Shown in pieces: positions 23,326 through 37,330 of a stretch of 64,000 bases of DNA. The notes under the pieces were generated by a model. The model ran no database searches. It saw nothing but the letters and a program-made list of their open reading frames with translations, and was not told the DNA's origin. Origin of the DNA: Octopus bimaculoides (lineage: Eukaryota); assembly GCF_001194135.2 (NCBI RefSeq), contig NC_068983.1:112984428-113048427 (forward strand), given 5' to 3'. The position numbers and the translations under genes are program-made. How positions within the stretch are numbered: position 1 is the stretch's first letter; each line of letters begins with the position of its first letter.

Positions 23326-25849
23326 GTAATTTTTATCTGAAATTCATCAAGATTTTGCACGGTTTACTGAATTAGAGAAAGCAAGAAGCAATAGTGATAA
23401 AAAAGGAAAAACAATATTCTTAAAATATATAATCAAAATTGAAAGATTGCAGTGAATAAATGAATTTTTCGTTAGAAGAAAGAAATAAAAGCAAAGAAGA
23501 CTACATGCTGTTTTTCTACTGAAAACAAAATTATATTAAATGGAACCATTTTAAAAGTACTTGCTCAATGGAATATGGTAAGAATTTTGATCTAGGAAAC
23601 ATCTCAGGTTTAATGTTCGTATTTCAGATCGCATATACAAGGTTAATATCATTATTTTAGTTGCTTGTGCAGGTTATTTAATAGTTTTGTTCTATGATTA
23701 TTATATATAACCATTAATTTTTAGTAGTTTTTATTGGATTGATGATATATGTGTAGTAATTTCAATTAATAATAATACGATATTATATTTCTTTGCAGTT
23801 CCGTGTTATAAGTGTGCTTGCGTATATATATAAATGTGTGTGTGCATGAGAGAGAGAGAGAGAGAGAGTAAGAGAGAGTAAGAGAGAGAAAGAGAGAGAA
23901 TTTTGATGCCTAAGCAGGTATACGCTGTCAGCTTCCAGGTATACTACCTTCGAAATCATGAACAAAACACTTTACTGTACCAGTCTGATATCTAGAGGTC
24001 CCCAATTATTCATCTGCCTACCTAAAGGAATAAGAAATATAAACGGGTTCTCTGCTGAAACATTATAAAAAAGTAAAAGAAAAAACGTTGGGTAAACTCC
24101 TTACGACTCTACCGGACCATTCAATCATTCAAGGACACACTCAGAGAAGATCAGCTGCTACAAACTCAATCATAGACCAACTTCCAACCAGAATGCGACA
24201 GCAACGCAAAAAGGAAATAAATTAAAGCGGTGCTCCAGGTTGGCCGCTGTCGTATGACTGATGCCACTATAAGAATAAAAGAATATATATATATATANNN
24301 NNNNNNNNNNNNNNNNNNNNNNNNNNNNNNNNNNNNNNNNNNNNNNNNNNNNNNNNNNNNNNNNNNNNNNNNNNNNNNNNNNNNNNNNNNNNNNNNNNNN
24401 NNNNNNNNNNNNNNNNNNNNNNNNNNNNNNNNNNNNNNNNNNNNNNNNNNNNNNNNNNNNNNNNNNNNNNNNNNNNNTATATACACAGTCATATTTATCT
24501 ATCTATATCTCTGTTTCTGTATATATTCATACATATCTATCTATCTATCTACCTTCCTGCCTATCTATCTGTCTATCTATATATCGATCGATCAATCGAT
24601 CTATTTATTTTCTACCTTTCCTTATTTTTATCTGTACATGTACAACTGCCCAATCACTATCAGAATGCAATGACTGAAATCAGTAAAAGGATAAAAGGAC
24701 ATGCATAGTTACCTAGATATATAAAAAATACTCATACTAGGGGTATATAAAATATGCATGTGACTACAGCATTTCGCACTGAAGATGTAAACAGATTCAG
24801 CTTTTTCTTTTTCGATTTATTTTGATGAAACATAAGCATGTACGTCACTCGCTAACGTGTATGACTTAGTAGCATGTATCATGTTTTCGCTAATTTATGA
24901 AGACGTGAGTAGGCATAAACCTACCTCTTAGCCCTTTCAAATCTGGCTCGATGGAACATCCCAACTAAGAAAGCTGGAGGGAGATAAGGCTGTTCCTAAA
25001 CAGATTAGTGCAACCCTCTCACTCGAGCTTGTACTACCACGTAGAAAGGAGCACCGTGATATGTAGTGCCTTGCTAAAAAAACACAATACAACGCTCAGT
25101 CGAATAAATGAACTCTGGACCATATCCTCATAAGCGCAGTATTCCTACCAATTAAAGCACACACTTTCATTCATAGTAATGATAATTAAAAACAATGCAT
25201 CGAACAGATATTGATTGACCACACATTTATCATATATTCAGGCATTTTTTCATGATATAATTAGTTCATTTAAAACTTGTGTAACAAAATGAAATCTTAC
25301 TTTCTTAATTATTTACAAAAACTCCAGATAGTGTGTTTTCTCGTAATAATATACTTTATTATCATGATAATAATATATCCCAAATTTTATTCTAAAACAT
25401 ACTTCGAAATTTACATAAATATTGTTTCTTCCTTTTACTTGAAAATCAGATTAAATCGCAACAGCCAAACACAAATTGCAGTTTTATTGCTCACATTTGA
25501 AAGCTTTTCTATTTGAGATTTCCTAATACTATTTTTGTTATAGTTTTTCGCTGTTACATATAAAATACATTGTTATTTCTTCAGTTTTTTTCTCTACCCA
25601 TTTCCTCCATTACAACCATATCAATACAAAGATAATTAAAAGCACAGGACATTTTGGGAAATATACAATTGCCTTTAGTATCGTACGTTAACGTTATTTT
25701 CACATTAAAAGTCAAACAATACAGTGGGGATATCTATATGAGTAATTATTTCAAGAGATTTCCCAATAACTCATCAACCGGCTAGCATTTCATCGTGGCT
25801 GTAAAATTATATATGTGTGTGTACACACGCACGCACGCACGCACACACG

Positions 25850-25905
<56 letters not shown>

Positions 25906-27138
25906 GAGAGAGAGTGTGAGGGAGGCATAAAGTATCTTTTTGGTAGTAACTTACAATGTCAACGCTGTAGTATTTGCAGTCTTGTATACTATATTTAACC
26001 ACTGTGTTGCAATATCAGTTTTTGCTTTCTTCCTTTGAATGTAGACTCTATGTCGTGGAGTTTCGTCTATGCGAAGAATAATGTTGATGCTTTGTTCAAA
26101 GTTGTTCACACCGTGTTTGTTTGTAATTTCAGATTTTTATGAAGTATCTCCGTATACTTTTAATGTCTTAGTCGAATGAGTGGAAAAGAAGACAGCCAAT
26201 CTCAAACCGCTTCCTGCCCGAATTCTGGCAACGATGTTCACTTCGTTAAAACCATGCAAGGGCCAAATGGTTGTGTTAAATTGAATAATAGATTAACTCT
26301 GTCACACAAGACGTAGTTCCATTCAGCTTCCGTCTTCTAAATTTCACTTAAAAAGCGCTGGTCGCCTCTATACTATAACAGAATGAAACTGCCCAAGGTG
26401 TTACAATAGGCAAACAAATCAAAATTGTTGTAGTTGTAAAACGTGATCAGGTATTCGTGCCTACTCGGCTTGATCTCTGAAATGAAAGTTTATGCCCGGA
26501 TGCCTTATCTTTAACAATATATGACTTTATACTGAGATCTGCTGGAGGAGCTTAATAAGTATAATCGGAAGCACAATTCGACTAATCAAAACATTGATGC
26601 CAATTCAGAACGACATAAAAAATGACAATATACGTTGGATGTCTTTCTCAATGAAAAACTGGATTAAAATGATAATTTTCTTCAGTAATTATAAAGCTTT
26701 ATTCAGAGGAGAAATGGTAGCTCCTATGGACCGTTCTCGTAAGCCCCGAGACCCCACATATAAAGAAAATTGTCGTTACATTGTTGTGATTTGGTGACGT
26801 CAGTGCTAACTTTGACACATGCTGGCTTATGTGTGTCGTCGATCACGTGACTTCAATTTCTTCAATGGATCTTAGTTTTAAGTTGTATGTTTCAAAGATA
26901 ATGCACTCGTTAATACATTTTCATTGCAAATCTCTCGCCAAAACGCAGGTACAGATGTCTAAACAAGAAGAGAGGGAGTTATTTCTCCGGTCAGAGACCT
27001 AGCATGAATGCTTGCAACAAAGTGGATTCCGCTAAAAGTATCTAAGTTTGATGCAGTTTGAGGTAATGGTTTGAGTTGTAAGCACTTTATGAAATCCTGG
27101 CTGTATAGATTTTATTTCATCAATTTTTTTACAGTATA

Positions 27139-27550
27139 GGCGCAGGAGTGGCTGTGTGGTAAGAAGTTTGCTTACCAACCACATGGTTCCAGATTCAGTC
27201 CCACTGCATGACACCTTGTGCAAGTGTCTTCTACAATAGCCTCAGGTCGACCAATGCCTTGTGAGTGGATTTGGTAATTGAAACTAAAATTGGATTTGGA
27301 AACTGAAAGAAGCCCGTCGTATATATACATATGCATGTATGTATTTGTGTGTCTGTGTTTGTCCCCCCATCATCGCTCGACAACCGATGTTAGTGTATTT
27401 ACGTTCCCGTAACCTAGCGGTTCGGCAAAAGAGCCTGATAGAATAAGTACTAGGTTTACGAAGAATAAGTACTGGGGTCGATTTGTTCTACTAAACGTGG
27501 TGCTCCAGCATGGCCGCAGTCAAATGACTGAAACAAGTAAAAGAATAATA
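27139..27550 (+). mobile_element. tRNA-derived SINE, family A, near full length
   Basis: Head GGCGCAGGAGTGGCTGTGTGGTAAG with a B-box-like GGTTCCAGATTCAGTCCC, an internal (TA/TG) tract and an A-rich tail. Related copies at 12683-13050, 19555-19760, 37390-37610 and 63880-64000. Confidence 0.85.
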
Positions 27551-28409
27551 GAAAAAAAAAAGAATATACAAAATGGCAATACAGGTTTTCATTTGTTCAT
27601 CACAAATATTCTTTCCTCTGTACACTTAATGAGTGTTTACTTTTTAAATCTCAAGCACTTATATTTCTAAATGATTTTCATCAACACCAAACATTTTGGT
27701 TAATTAAAAAAAATTCATCCCTTCGCAATTCCTAGACTGTAATGTTTTTTCTTTCCAATTTTCTGTAATTCATCAAATTAAAAAGTAAATCATTTTTGTT
27801 TAATCAAGATTTCAAACATATAACCATCTCTCTCAATTCTTTTAAATGTGCTTTAATTTTTCAAGACGCTGAATTGTAGAGTCAAGTCCGTTATATTAGA
27901 ATCTCTTTGACAAAATTCCTTTGGGTAATACTGCGATTCGAATACCAAAATTAGATAGTTAAAAAATACCAAATACCAAAAAATACCAAAAAATCACCAC
28001 AAACTCCTTTTGCGATTCTCAAATTCGTATTTCAGGATAGCTTTTATCGATCACCTATTCAGCAGATGAAGAAAATATGGATTTTTCAAGCAATTAACGC
28101 AACTTTAATTTAGTTCTTGTAACTAAGAGCAACTTCAACATTTAAATTTCCTTTCCATTTTCTAATTTCATCTGTTTTTCTTTTCAATATACTGTTCAGG
28201 TGTCTATAAAGTCACCGTCATATACCTGACGTTAAGGTACATTTAAGCATCTCCAGATCAAATTTGAAGAACATGCAGCGGGTAATGTACACTGAATCAG
28301 TCTTTAATGAAAACTAACTAACGCTATTTTCTAAAAATTAAAACAGATGGTATATCCTCTACAACCTGTACTGAACACTCCTCTCATTCGTTTGACATAA
28401 ATAACGCAC

Positions 28410-28449
<40 letters not shown>

Positions 28450-28599
28450 GTGCGTGTGCGTGCATGTATGTATACATGTAAACATACATATATATAAATT
28501 TGAAGAGTGAACTCAGAAATGACTCAATTCCCAAGTGCCACGAACAGTAGGATATTAATCTTATATACAACACCCGACCTAGATATCAAATACACACTA

Positions 28600-30780
28600 T
28601 TGAAAAACATGCAATAATTTCTGACTGGCAGCCACTCCATTTCTTTTTCTAACGCCTCAGTCTCAACTACAATGACTCAGCTCTTTTGAAATTATACGTT
28701 GTATTACAACACAGCCTCAACTCGTCCAATGCACCTTCTATTTTTGTTGTTACATCTTCTTTGCTATACCCTGTCATATCATACATTTTTCATAGCTTTT
28801 TCTTCACCAAATTCTGACTCTCCGGAAATTACTGTCCTTGCAATTTTTCCCTTTACTTTTTCTTATAAACATAATTGAACTTGAAGATCAACCATATCGG
28901 ATCGATATCATGAATTCAGGAGAGCCTGCAAAGGCCAAGAAACTGCCTTTTCTTCCAAACATATTGATAAACAGAGCGGTCCCTTGCTCTGTTGATCCTG
29001 GTACCATTTTTTATGGGGATTGTATTTTAATATTTGCTTGTCTTCAGTTTCATTTACAAGCAAACTCTGATATATTTGATCACGTTCAATCAAATCAAGT
29101 TTTCTATATTGTAGAAGAAATTCTATTAGCTTATTAGATGTGTAGATATTAAATCCTCTGGAGATGCTATGGCAGTTTAAAACCGATGGACAAGGCATAC
29201 ATAAAATATTGATTTGATAGTGCAAACAATGGAATAAAAGCTAGTCGCCATTACAAAGACAAAGCTACAGCAGGACGGGAATTAACAACAATAAATAACA
29301 ACAATGATAATAATGTTTTCATTATTGACTAAAAACCTCCATCCATATAATATAAGACGTGTCATATAAAATGGGGTACAAAGCATGGTAATATATATAG
29401 GGAAAATAGATGGCGGTATGTAATACAATATATTAAAACCTGTTTAAAATGTACAGACAATCTTGTGCTCTGGTCACGTTCAGCAACCTGAGTCCTGCGA
29501 TATTTCCAGTGATCACCTTCGAGCTTCAGTGAACCCACAAAGTCATGGCGACTGATTCATTTACTGTATGTTATAGATATGCAGTAGAGTCCTTATCAAC
29601 TGTCTATTAGTTATATGTTCGATATAATTAACTCATATCTCCACTTAAATCAATGCAGAATTATTTTCGCTCCCGTCAGATCCTTCATCTAGCCCATCAA
29701 GTTTCCCTAACTAATTTGGACAACTGTAATATTCAGGCTATCTCCCAGAGAAAAGGATTTTCTTTTACGAGAGACTGACTAAGAGATCCTTACTTGCTTT
29801 TAGTCAGTGTCTTCTCCTTTTTCCGTCTTTCTGTTGATGAATGCTGTGTTCTATCACTTGTATCTAATCTCTTTTTTCTTTCTCTACTGTTATAAGACGA
29901 TTGAACGAATTTGCTCCTCTCTTCTTTGGCTAGGCTTATTCTTGGGGATGTGAAAAGTATAACTCTAGTAACTGCAGCAGTAGCGCCAACAAACATTGTT
30001 TTCAGCTCAGATATTGCTGTTACTATCATACTGTCTTTGTTCGCCTGCCGCTACACTCCACTTTTTCACAAACCTGGGTTAAAGACCTTCAATTAGTTCT
30101 TATTTATTCCACACATGAGACAAAGTATGAAAATTATATCTTCTGTCCTGCACTTGTGTGATGAACCACTTTTCACTGTGTTGGTTGTCTCTGGGTGTTA
30201 TCAACATTTAAATATCCCACCAGATCCCACTCGATCACATGTCACTACTACCGCTCTTACCATATTTTTGTATTGTGCCTCAAAGAGAATAATAAACCAA
30301 GGATCCCAGTCAATGCATCCTTTCATATGACTGTAGTGTCGATGGAGCACTCATCTTGCATATATCACCCAAGGTTTCTCCCAGCATTTTTTTGGAGAGT
30401 GTATAGAAGCTCAAAATCATAAATATATCACTTTCCTTTGCCTTTTTCTGGCTAAATTACTAAGGTATAGAGGTAGGGGTTTTTGTAACATACTTTCTCC
30501 ACGCCTTTGACTCTGGTTAAAGTTGACTAATATGTCATATTCCTTTTCAGTTAGCAAAAGATCATTTCCTTGTAGTGGTGCTTTTATTGTCATTTAAGCA
30601 GTCGTTTTTACTGCTTATTCTTTTGCATTTGTCGAATTGTCGCTGTCTGTGTAATTGCGTCAGCTTTTACTTTTATTTTTCCATTTACCTTTAGTTTTTT
30701 CCTATAATGTCTAAGGGTCTATAAGCAGTTATCTTTGTCGACATCATGTAGTTGTGACTATACTGAATCACTAGTAAATA
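28600..30780 (-). mobile_element. Possible very old non-LTR retrotransposon remnant (Cys/His-rich ORF1-like part plus L1/Tx1-like endonuclease-linker part)
   Basis: ORF 28908-29225 ends in SWPLQALLNS, reminiscent of the Tx1 WKLNxSLL motif. Near 30100-30350 the translation gives VTCDRVG...HKCRTED...CLMCG. Many stops; weak match by eye. Confidence 0.3.
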
Positions 30781-31343
30781 AAGCAATATGGCTGTTTACA
30801 GGAATGATATATATCTAAAGATGGATTCATTTTATTCCAGAGCAATAGAGTAACAGTCTAGATATCTCGAACCATACTGCTGGTAAAAGAAAGAATACCG
30901 TTCCCGACAAGAAAAAAAATTAAGTGAAATGGTCATCGAGTAATTCTGGAAGAAATATTTCATGCGGAGCTATACTGAATGCGACTACTTATCATGCACA
31001 AGAAAAAAACAGTAGTAGTAGTAGTAGTAGTAGTCATAATAATAATCATAATTTTTTTCTGTAATAAGCTCAAGGCTGGCAATTTGCGGGCAGGATAAAG
31101 TTTATTACCTCGGCCCAAATGCGCGATTGGTATCTATTAATAGTTCATCGACCCCGAAATTTTTGAAGGCAAAGTAGACCACAGTGGAATTAGAACTCAG
31201 AAAGTAAAGGTGGATGAAATGCCAGGAAGCATTTAATCTGGCACGCTTGCGATTCGGTCAACTCACGCCTTTTCGATAATAACAATAGCGAGAAGAAGAA
31301 GAAGAAGAAGAAGAAGAAGAAGAACTTTTCTGCTATTTTTTAC

Positions 31344-31555
31344 CTAAGTCCCTAAATATCTATACCCACTACCGTAGGGTTCACCCATGGTCTCCCCTGA
31401 TGGTAACCGCAATCCTCTGCAGGATGCTTTCTTCCCTCCTTTCATATTAAGTGCTGAGCATTTGGTAATCCCAAATTCCTTACCGATGTCCCTACCACAC
31501 TCCTGGACTATTCTGGTTAAGAAATCTATCTGTTTTTCAGATTTCCAATACAATT
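31344..31555 (-). mobile_element. RLE-type (R4/Dong-like) LINE RT fragment
   Basis: IGKEFGITKCSALNMKGGK...LPSGETMGEPYGSGYRYLG parallels MKFGLEICAKATLKSGK...YKYLGI at about 54860-55000. Confidence 0.7.
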
Positions 31556-31564
31556 CAGGTCATC

Positions 31565-31790
31565 CATTATTATTATCATTATTTTATGTCTGACTTTTGT
31601 TTTGCATTTGTACAAGTTGGATCCAAGTCTCACCCAGAGACCTCAAGAGACAACAAGTTAGAAGTTCATGTAGGTGTTATGCCTAGGGTACCATATATTT
31701 GGATTTGTACAGTTTTGTTCTAGTGAATGTTTAAGAAACCATAAGAAAATTATGTGTTTACTTTAAAATTTGAGATCACATAGACAGTGT
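31565..31790 (-). mobile_element. Probable 3' UTR and (AAT)n tail of an R4/Dong-like LINE
   Basis: Minus strand reads ...ACACTGTCTATGTGA (TLSM-stop), then GGTCTCTGGGTGAGACTTGG and an AATAATGATAATAATAAT tail. Confidence 0.5.
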
Positions 31791-31796
31791 TGCTGC

Positions 31797-31838
<42 letters not shown>

Positions 31839-34113
31839 GAGGGAGCATGGCTTAGTGGTTACAATGTTGCTCTTCCGATCTAGCGATCATGATTTCAGTT
31901 CCTAGATAGGATGGTGCGTTGTGTTCTTGAGCAAAACACTCCATATCACTTTGCTCTGCGATCACTTCGAAACCTGACGCGTGGTATACAGTATACCTGT
32001 TCAGACAACGTCGATTTGATGGAAAGAGTGAGCTAATGAGCAGCACGAACATTATTTCATTACTATAAACAAATCATTTGTGCTGGTCGTTCGGCAAAAG
32101 CTGAACTTCCTACATCGCCTCTAACGGAGAGTCCATCACTATTATTATTAGCCTACTAGTAATATAGGTGCAAGGCTAACAGTTTTGTGGTTAGGGGGTT
32201 AGTTGGTATTATACACCCCACTATTTGGTGATTACAAATAGTTAGATAGATGATAGAGTGATCTTAGCGGGATTTGAATTCAAAATGTAAAGAACCGTAA
32301 TGTATTTGTAACAAGAAGAATCGTTAGATGGTCGGAAAAAATACCGTAATAGAACGATATTTTTTTCTGACCTGCTAACGCTTCTTCTAGTTTGCTGCTC
32401 TGTATGTAATACCAATATTGCTCGGAATATATTAAAACTCAAGTAGAGCAATTAGTGATTTTATTTCCGTGTTTATGCAAGGAACCTGCTCATATAGACC
32501 GCTATTTTATTTCACATTAATCATGTTAGATAATTTACTCTGTCAACTGATTCTTATACGATATTTGCCTTTAAAACGTGTTGACTGATTTTTATAGAGA
32601 ATTTATGGATATCTCATAAACTTTTTCACAACAAAATGAGAATCGTATTTTATAAGCCTTGCAGGAGCCTATAGCATAATATGACTTCCACATTCGTAAC
32701 TTAAAGAATTGATTTATTATCTGTGCAAAAGTTTTCTTATAAAATGTATTTCAGGGTTAGCTAGCAGACAACATAAACTAAACAGAAAAAAAAAAGAATT
32801 CAGTTCCCACATAGTCTCAATCTAATTTTGCAACTAATTCCGTGGCATAGAATCTACTTAGTACGTGATTCAAAGCGTTGATATCGCTGCTTGTCTGTGA
32901 AACTTAGCTGTCCACTAATGCCGGCAGACGACAAAATAATTTCACAATCTTTTAAGCTAGTCAATCGGACGGTTCAGGACTCCAGCAAGTAGTTGACTTC
33001 GCATTTCCCAGAAGAGTACTCTCTTTTGTCATTCAACTGATATTTTTCCACGAAACTGGGATTTGCTACTATTTTTCTTTTTTTTTTTTTTTTTTTTTTT
33101 TTTCTGTACACTTAGACCATATTCCTTTCTGCCAAGATGATGTGTAACTTTTTCAGAGTCGTTAAGGAAAACTTCTATAAAATATTGTGATAACGTTTTA
33201 AGTTACGTTGAAGGCTTTCAAGATCAGGGCTGGTTTGAAGTATAATGCATGGAAATATATGATAGTCCTCATAAAATTTGGGTTCACTGACGAAAGATAT
33301 CAACCACCGTCAAATAACTATGCAATGATATAGAGTTTGACTTTATGAAAACGTGCCCTTGACTGTCTATCGCACTTAAGAGCAAGTCTTAATATTTAAT
33401 ATTTTTGATGCTTGCATTTAATTGGGTGTCTTATTTGAATGTACTGCATCTCTGGCATTTATATGATGACATTGGTAGGAACGGTAAGAATAGCACCAAC
33501 TATTAATTTCAACAATGTCTTATTCATCAAAACTGAAATCCGGTGTTTGTAGAGGTGATTATCCATCGTTCCATTTAGGAAACTCTCTGGAGTATGATAT
33601 TGTCCTGCTTCTTGTGAAGAACCAGCTGAAAAATGTGAGAATTTCGAAGATAGACGGAATGCAAATCTTGATTTATCAAAATCATCCCTGCTTCCAAGGA
33701 AAGTAACATCATCACCAATGGACGTAGGCATATCTGCATTTAAAAAAAAATACCGCTTTGCTACAACATGCATTATGAGTGAATTTGGTCGAGGAAGCTG
33801 CGTGGAAGCCCACCGTAAACGAAATTGACAGCCCTGCAAGACAGGCTTTGAAAAACTAAAAACCATACAAAGTTCACGTCAGAACAGGTTATGATTAAGA
33901 TTATCAATATTGATGAGTATTCGTATGGAGTGGATTAGAAGAGAATACAATTTAGTCAAGCTGTCAATATTTCAGTCTTTACAAAATGGATACTAAACAT
34001 AAAAATGTACATATAAACATAAACATTTATGTTAACATTTGTGACTGAAAATGTAATATTTAAAAGAAAAGAAAATGTCAACATATTTAATGTAAGAAAC
34101 GTTAAAGTATTGG

Positions 34114-34495
34114 TTTCAAATTTCAGCACAAGGCCAGCAATTTCGGGGGAGTGGATAAGTTGATAATATTGACTCCAGTGTTCAACTGGTACTTATTTTA
34201 TCGAACGTGACAGAATGAAATGCAAAGTCGACCTCAGTGAAATTAGAACTCAGAATGTAGAGACGGACGAAATGCCGCTAGGCATTTTGTCCGGCATGCT
34301 AATGATTCTGCCAGCTCACTAAAATATTGGCTTCAAATTTTGGCACAAGGCCAGCAAGTTCGGAGGAGGGGATAAGACGATTTATTTTAGCGACCCCAAA
34401 ATGATGAAGATCAAACTCGGAATTTGAACTCAGAACGGACGAAATGTCACTAACAGTTTTGTTCGGCGCCCTAACGTTTCAGTCAGTTCATCAAA
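34114..34495 (-). mobile_element. Two tandem SINE family B copies
   Basis: Both 34114-34320 and 34332-34495 are reverse complements of the copies at 41744 and 56280. The second has internal deletions. Confidence 0.75.
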
Positions 34496-35450
34496 ATATC
34501 AACTAGAGAAAATATGAGAGAGAAAATAGTAATTGGAGACTACTATGATACTAGATTTTGTTAAAGATAGAAGATATCTTCTGGTATATTTCCATCTTAT
34601 TTTAACTCACTAGCGATGCAGGAGTCAGGAGGGAATTTCCTAAATGACGCAAGACCAGCTCATTATTACAGAAAAATCTCATCAACACATATTCGTCCAT
34701 TATAAAAAAGATATCAGATATTTCAAAACATATGCCGTATTAAGACATGCATGCACACAATCACAAGGAGATTGTGGTGGCTAAATGAAAAATTAGTATG
34801 CAAGTATTTCTTGGTGTAATTGCGTGACAGATGGGAAAAATTTCAAACGAGGATTCGCTAAATATAATTTTGCAAAATTATCACGTGATGACATTTGATA
34901 GAAATGTCCATCAATTTATGTTAGAAATCAATAGTGACTCATACTGTCTATGTAAAAATATGTAAACTGTGACTGTGGTCAATATGATATGGTATCGAAC
35001 GAAAACTTTCAGTGGCTAACAAAGAAAGCTCCTGAAAAATCATCCTCCAAGCTTTCTGACAATTTTATATAACATCTATGCAAACTTACTTATGTGGCAA
35101 ATGTCATACAGGAAACTCTTGGCCTTTGAGTAACTCATTGTAACTTTCAGATGATTAGAAAGTAAAAATGCTGCTCTAAATTATAATAGGCTTTAGGTGT
35201 TTTTTTTCCCTAAATTCATTCTGCTACAATAATAGCAAAGATAAGCAATGTAATTATTTTAGTACTGACGAAAAATTTGCTAAAAAATTATAATGGAGTA
35301 TCCTGTATGTTGGAAATCTATATGATCGTATGCACCGAGGAGAGCGGTTTATTGTAAAACTGATGTAATTTTTGCATTGATCGATTAAATGGAGCCGCTT
35401 GAAACGGCCGCAATGCACTAGTACCTGGACATTCTTGTTACTTATTTGCT

Positions 35451-35451
<1 letters not shown>

Positions 35452-35509
<58 letters not shown>

Positions 35510-35510
35510 C

Positions 35511-35562
<52 letters not shown>
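35452..35562. repeat. (TATC)n microsatellite
   Basis: Nearly pure tetranucleotide run. Confidence 0.95.
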
Positions 35563-35959
35563 TTAGATATATATAAATAGATACATACAGACACACATGT
35601 GTGTGTGTGTGTATTAAGTTCTATATCTCTTGCTTGCTCTTCGAAACCAGTATGTGTTTGTGTATATGTATATATAAAAGAAAATTAGCTAAGAGAAATA
35701 TCTGAGAGACAAATACAGATACCTTAAATACCATACATCGTAAAATCTTGATTTATTAAAATCATCTCTGCTTCCAGAAAAAGTAACATTATCAACAACG
35801 GACGTAGGCTATCTTCGATAAAAAAGATCTCTTTGCAACGACATACATTATGAGTGGATTTGGTAGAGGAAACTGTGTGGAAGCCTATTGTATTTGTATC
35901 ACAGTATCACAATATTGACCAGACCATCAGATGTTATTGTACACCGTTGCTCACAATTC

Positions 35960-37330
35960 GATTCCAATTCTGTCATAATTGCACGATTCTTTTCCATCTT
36001 GACCCAAATCGCTTAACTAAATCATCTTCCCAATGTCATGGAGACCTTTCAAGGGGCCTTTTTTGATTTCTTGGATACCATCTGGCAACCGCCTGGGTCC
36101 ATATGTTATCTGTGAGCCTTATAACATGTCCGGCCCAACAGAACTTCGACTTTTGGTATTCTGCGATTGCATTGTTCACTCCGCTCCGTACTAGCATGGA
36201 TCTTTCCTTGACCTTTTGTGTCGCAGTAATCGATGTTCTATCCCCTTCGTAGTAGCCCGCGTCTGACTTGTGTACAGGTGCGCAGTCAGGACAGTGCTTA
36301 TGAAGGGTCTAGCACGTATCGTATTGTCTGTCTTAGTTTTGAGCAGATCCTTTATTGAGGCAAACGCCTTTTTATCCTGCTCTTATTCTCTTCGAAATTT
36401 CAATATCCATATTTCGGTGCATATTCACTCTGTGCCTTAAGTAGATCTACTCATTTACTTCCTTGATTTCATCGGTTCCCATCTCTTTTCAGTCTTGTGC
36501 CACATCTTCCGATCGCATGCAGTGCTGTTCATTTTAAGGACTACCGCTAAGCAATGAGTGTCCAGCTCTGTCAGTTTAGTCTGCAGCTGGTTTGCAGTTT
36601 CAGCGATTAGTAAAACGTCGTCTGCGAATTGGAGGTGTGTTGTTGCTCGCCATAGATGTTCACGAGTCTTGTCTTGTCAATGTCTCTGATGACTATCTAT
36701 AGACATGCAGTAAAGAGCTTTGAAAAGATGTTATCTCCTTACTTGACACCCTTCCCAATTGGAGTCTTTACTGGTGGTGAAAGCAGAGTTATACTTGTTG
36801 TGCATCTGGAGTTTGCATCTCTGAGCAGTTTGATGAATTGTAACTCGACACCTTGCATTTCCAGAAAGTTCAAACCTGCATTAATCTCGATGCTATCAAA
36901 GGTTTTTTCATGATCAACAAAAGCGATATACAGAGGAAACCTGTTCTTTCGCTCTTTCTATGACAGTGAATATGTAACATATCATACTGTAGTTGCTATG
37001 GAATCCTACTTGCTCTCTCGTCGAGGTGTTTCGATTGTCAGGTGACTATGGCTTTTATAAACAGCCTTCAGAGATGAAATAAGAGGTATATGGGGGTGAT
37101 AGTTTTTAAAATCTGCTTTATCACCCTTCTTATGAAGCAAGACGGTATTTAACCCTTTCCACAGTTAGAGTATTTTACCCTCCTTCAAATAGCGATTGAA
37201 ACATTGAACGAAGATCTTCCACTCTTCTTAACCTCTGCATTTTATCATCTCTGTTGTGAAGTAATCTTTCTCACAAGTTTTGTCTCTTGACGTTATTTTG
37301 GGCGCATTTCTAATTTCGTTGTCCAGAAAG
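35960..37330 (-). mobile_element. Decayed RTE-clade LINE reverse transcriptase
   Basis: Minus-strand translation gives EQVGFHSNYS, LYIAFVDHEK.FDSIE, GKGVK.GDNIFSKLFTACL and EISKRIRAG.KAFASIKDLL, typical RTE RT motifs with stops and frameshifts. Confidence 0.85.

Noticed and set aside
27139-27215. Functional tRNA gene (also the heads at 41411, 41744 and 56280)
   Set aside because: A/B-box-like heads continue into SINE bodies, and no full cloverleaf is evident.
33459-33866. 135-aa minus-strand ORF
   Set aside because: About half overlaps a repeated SINE-related segment also found at 35743-35886, and it has no protein motif.
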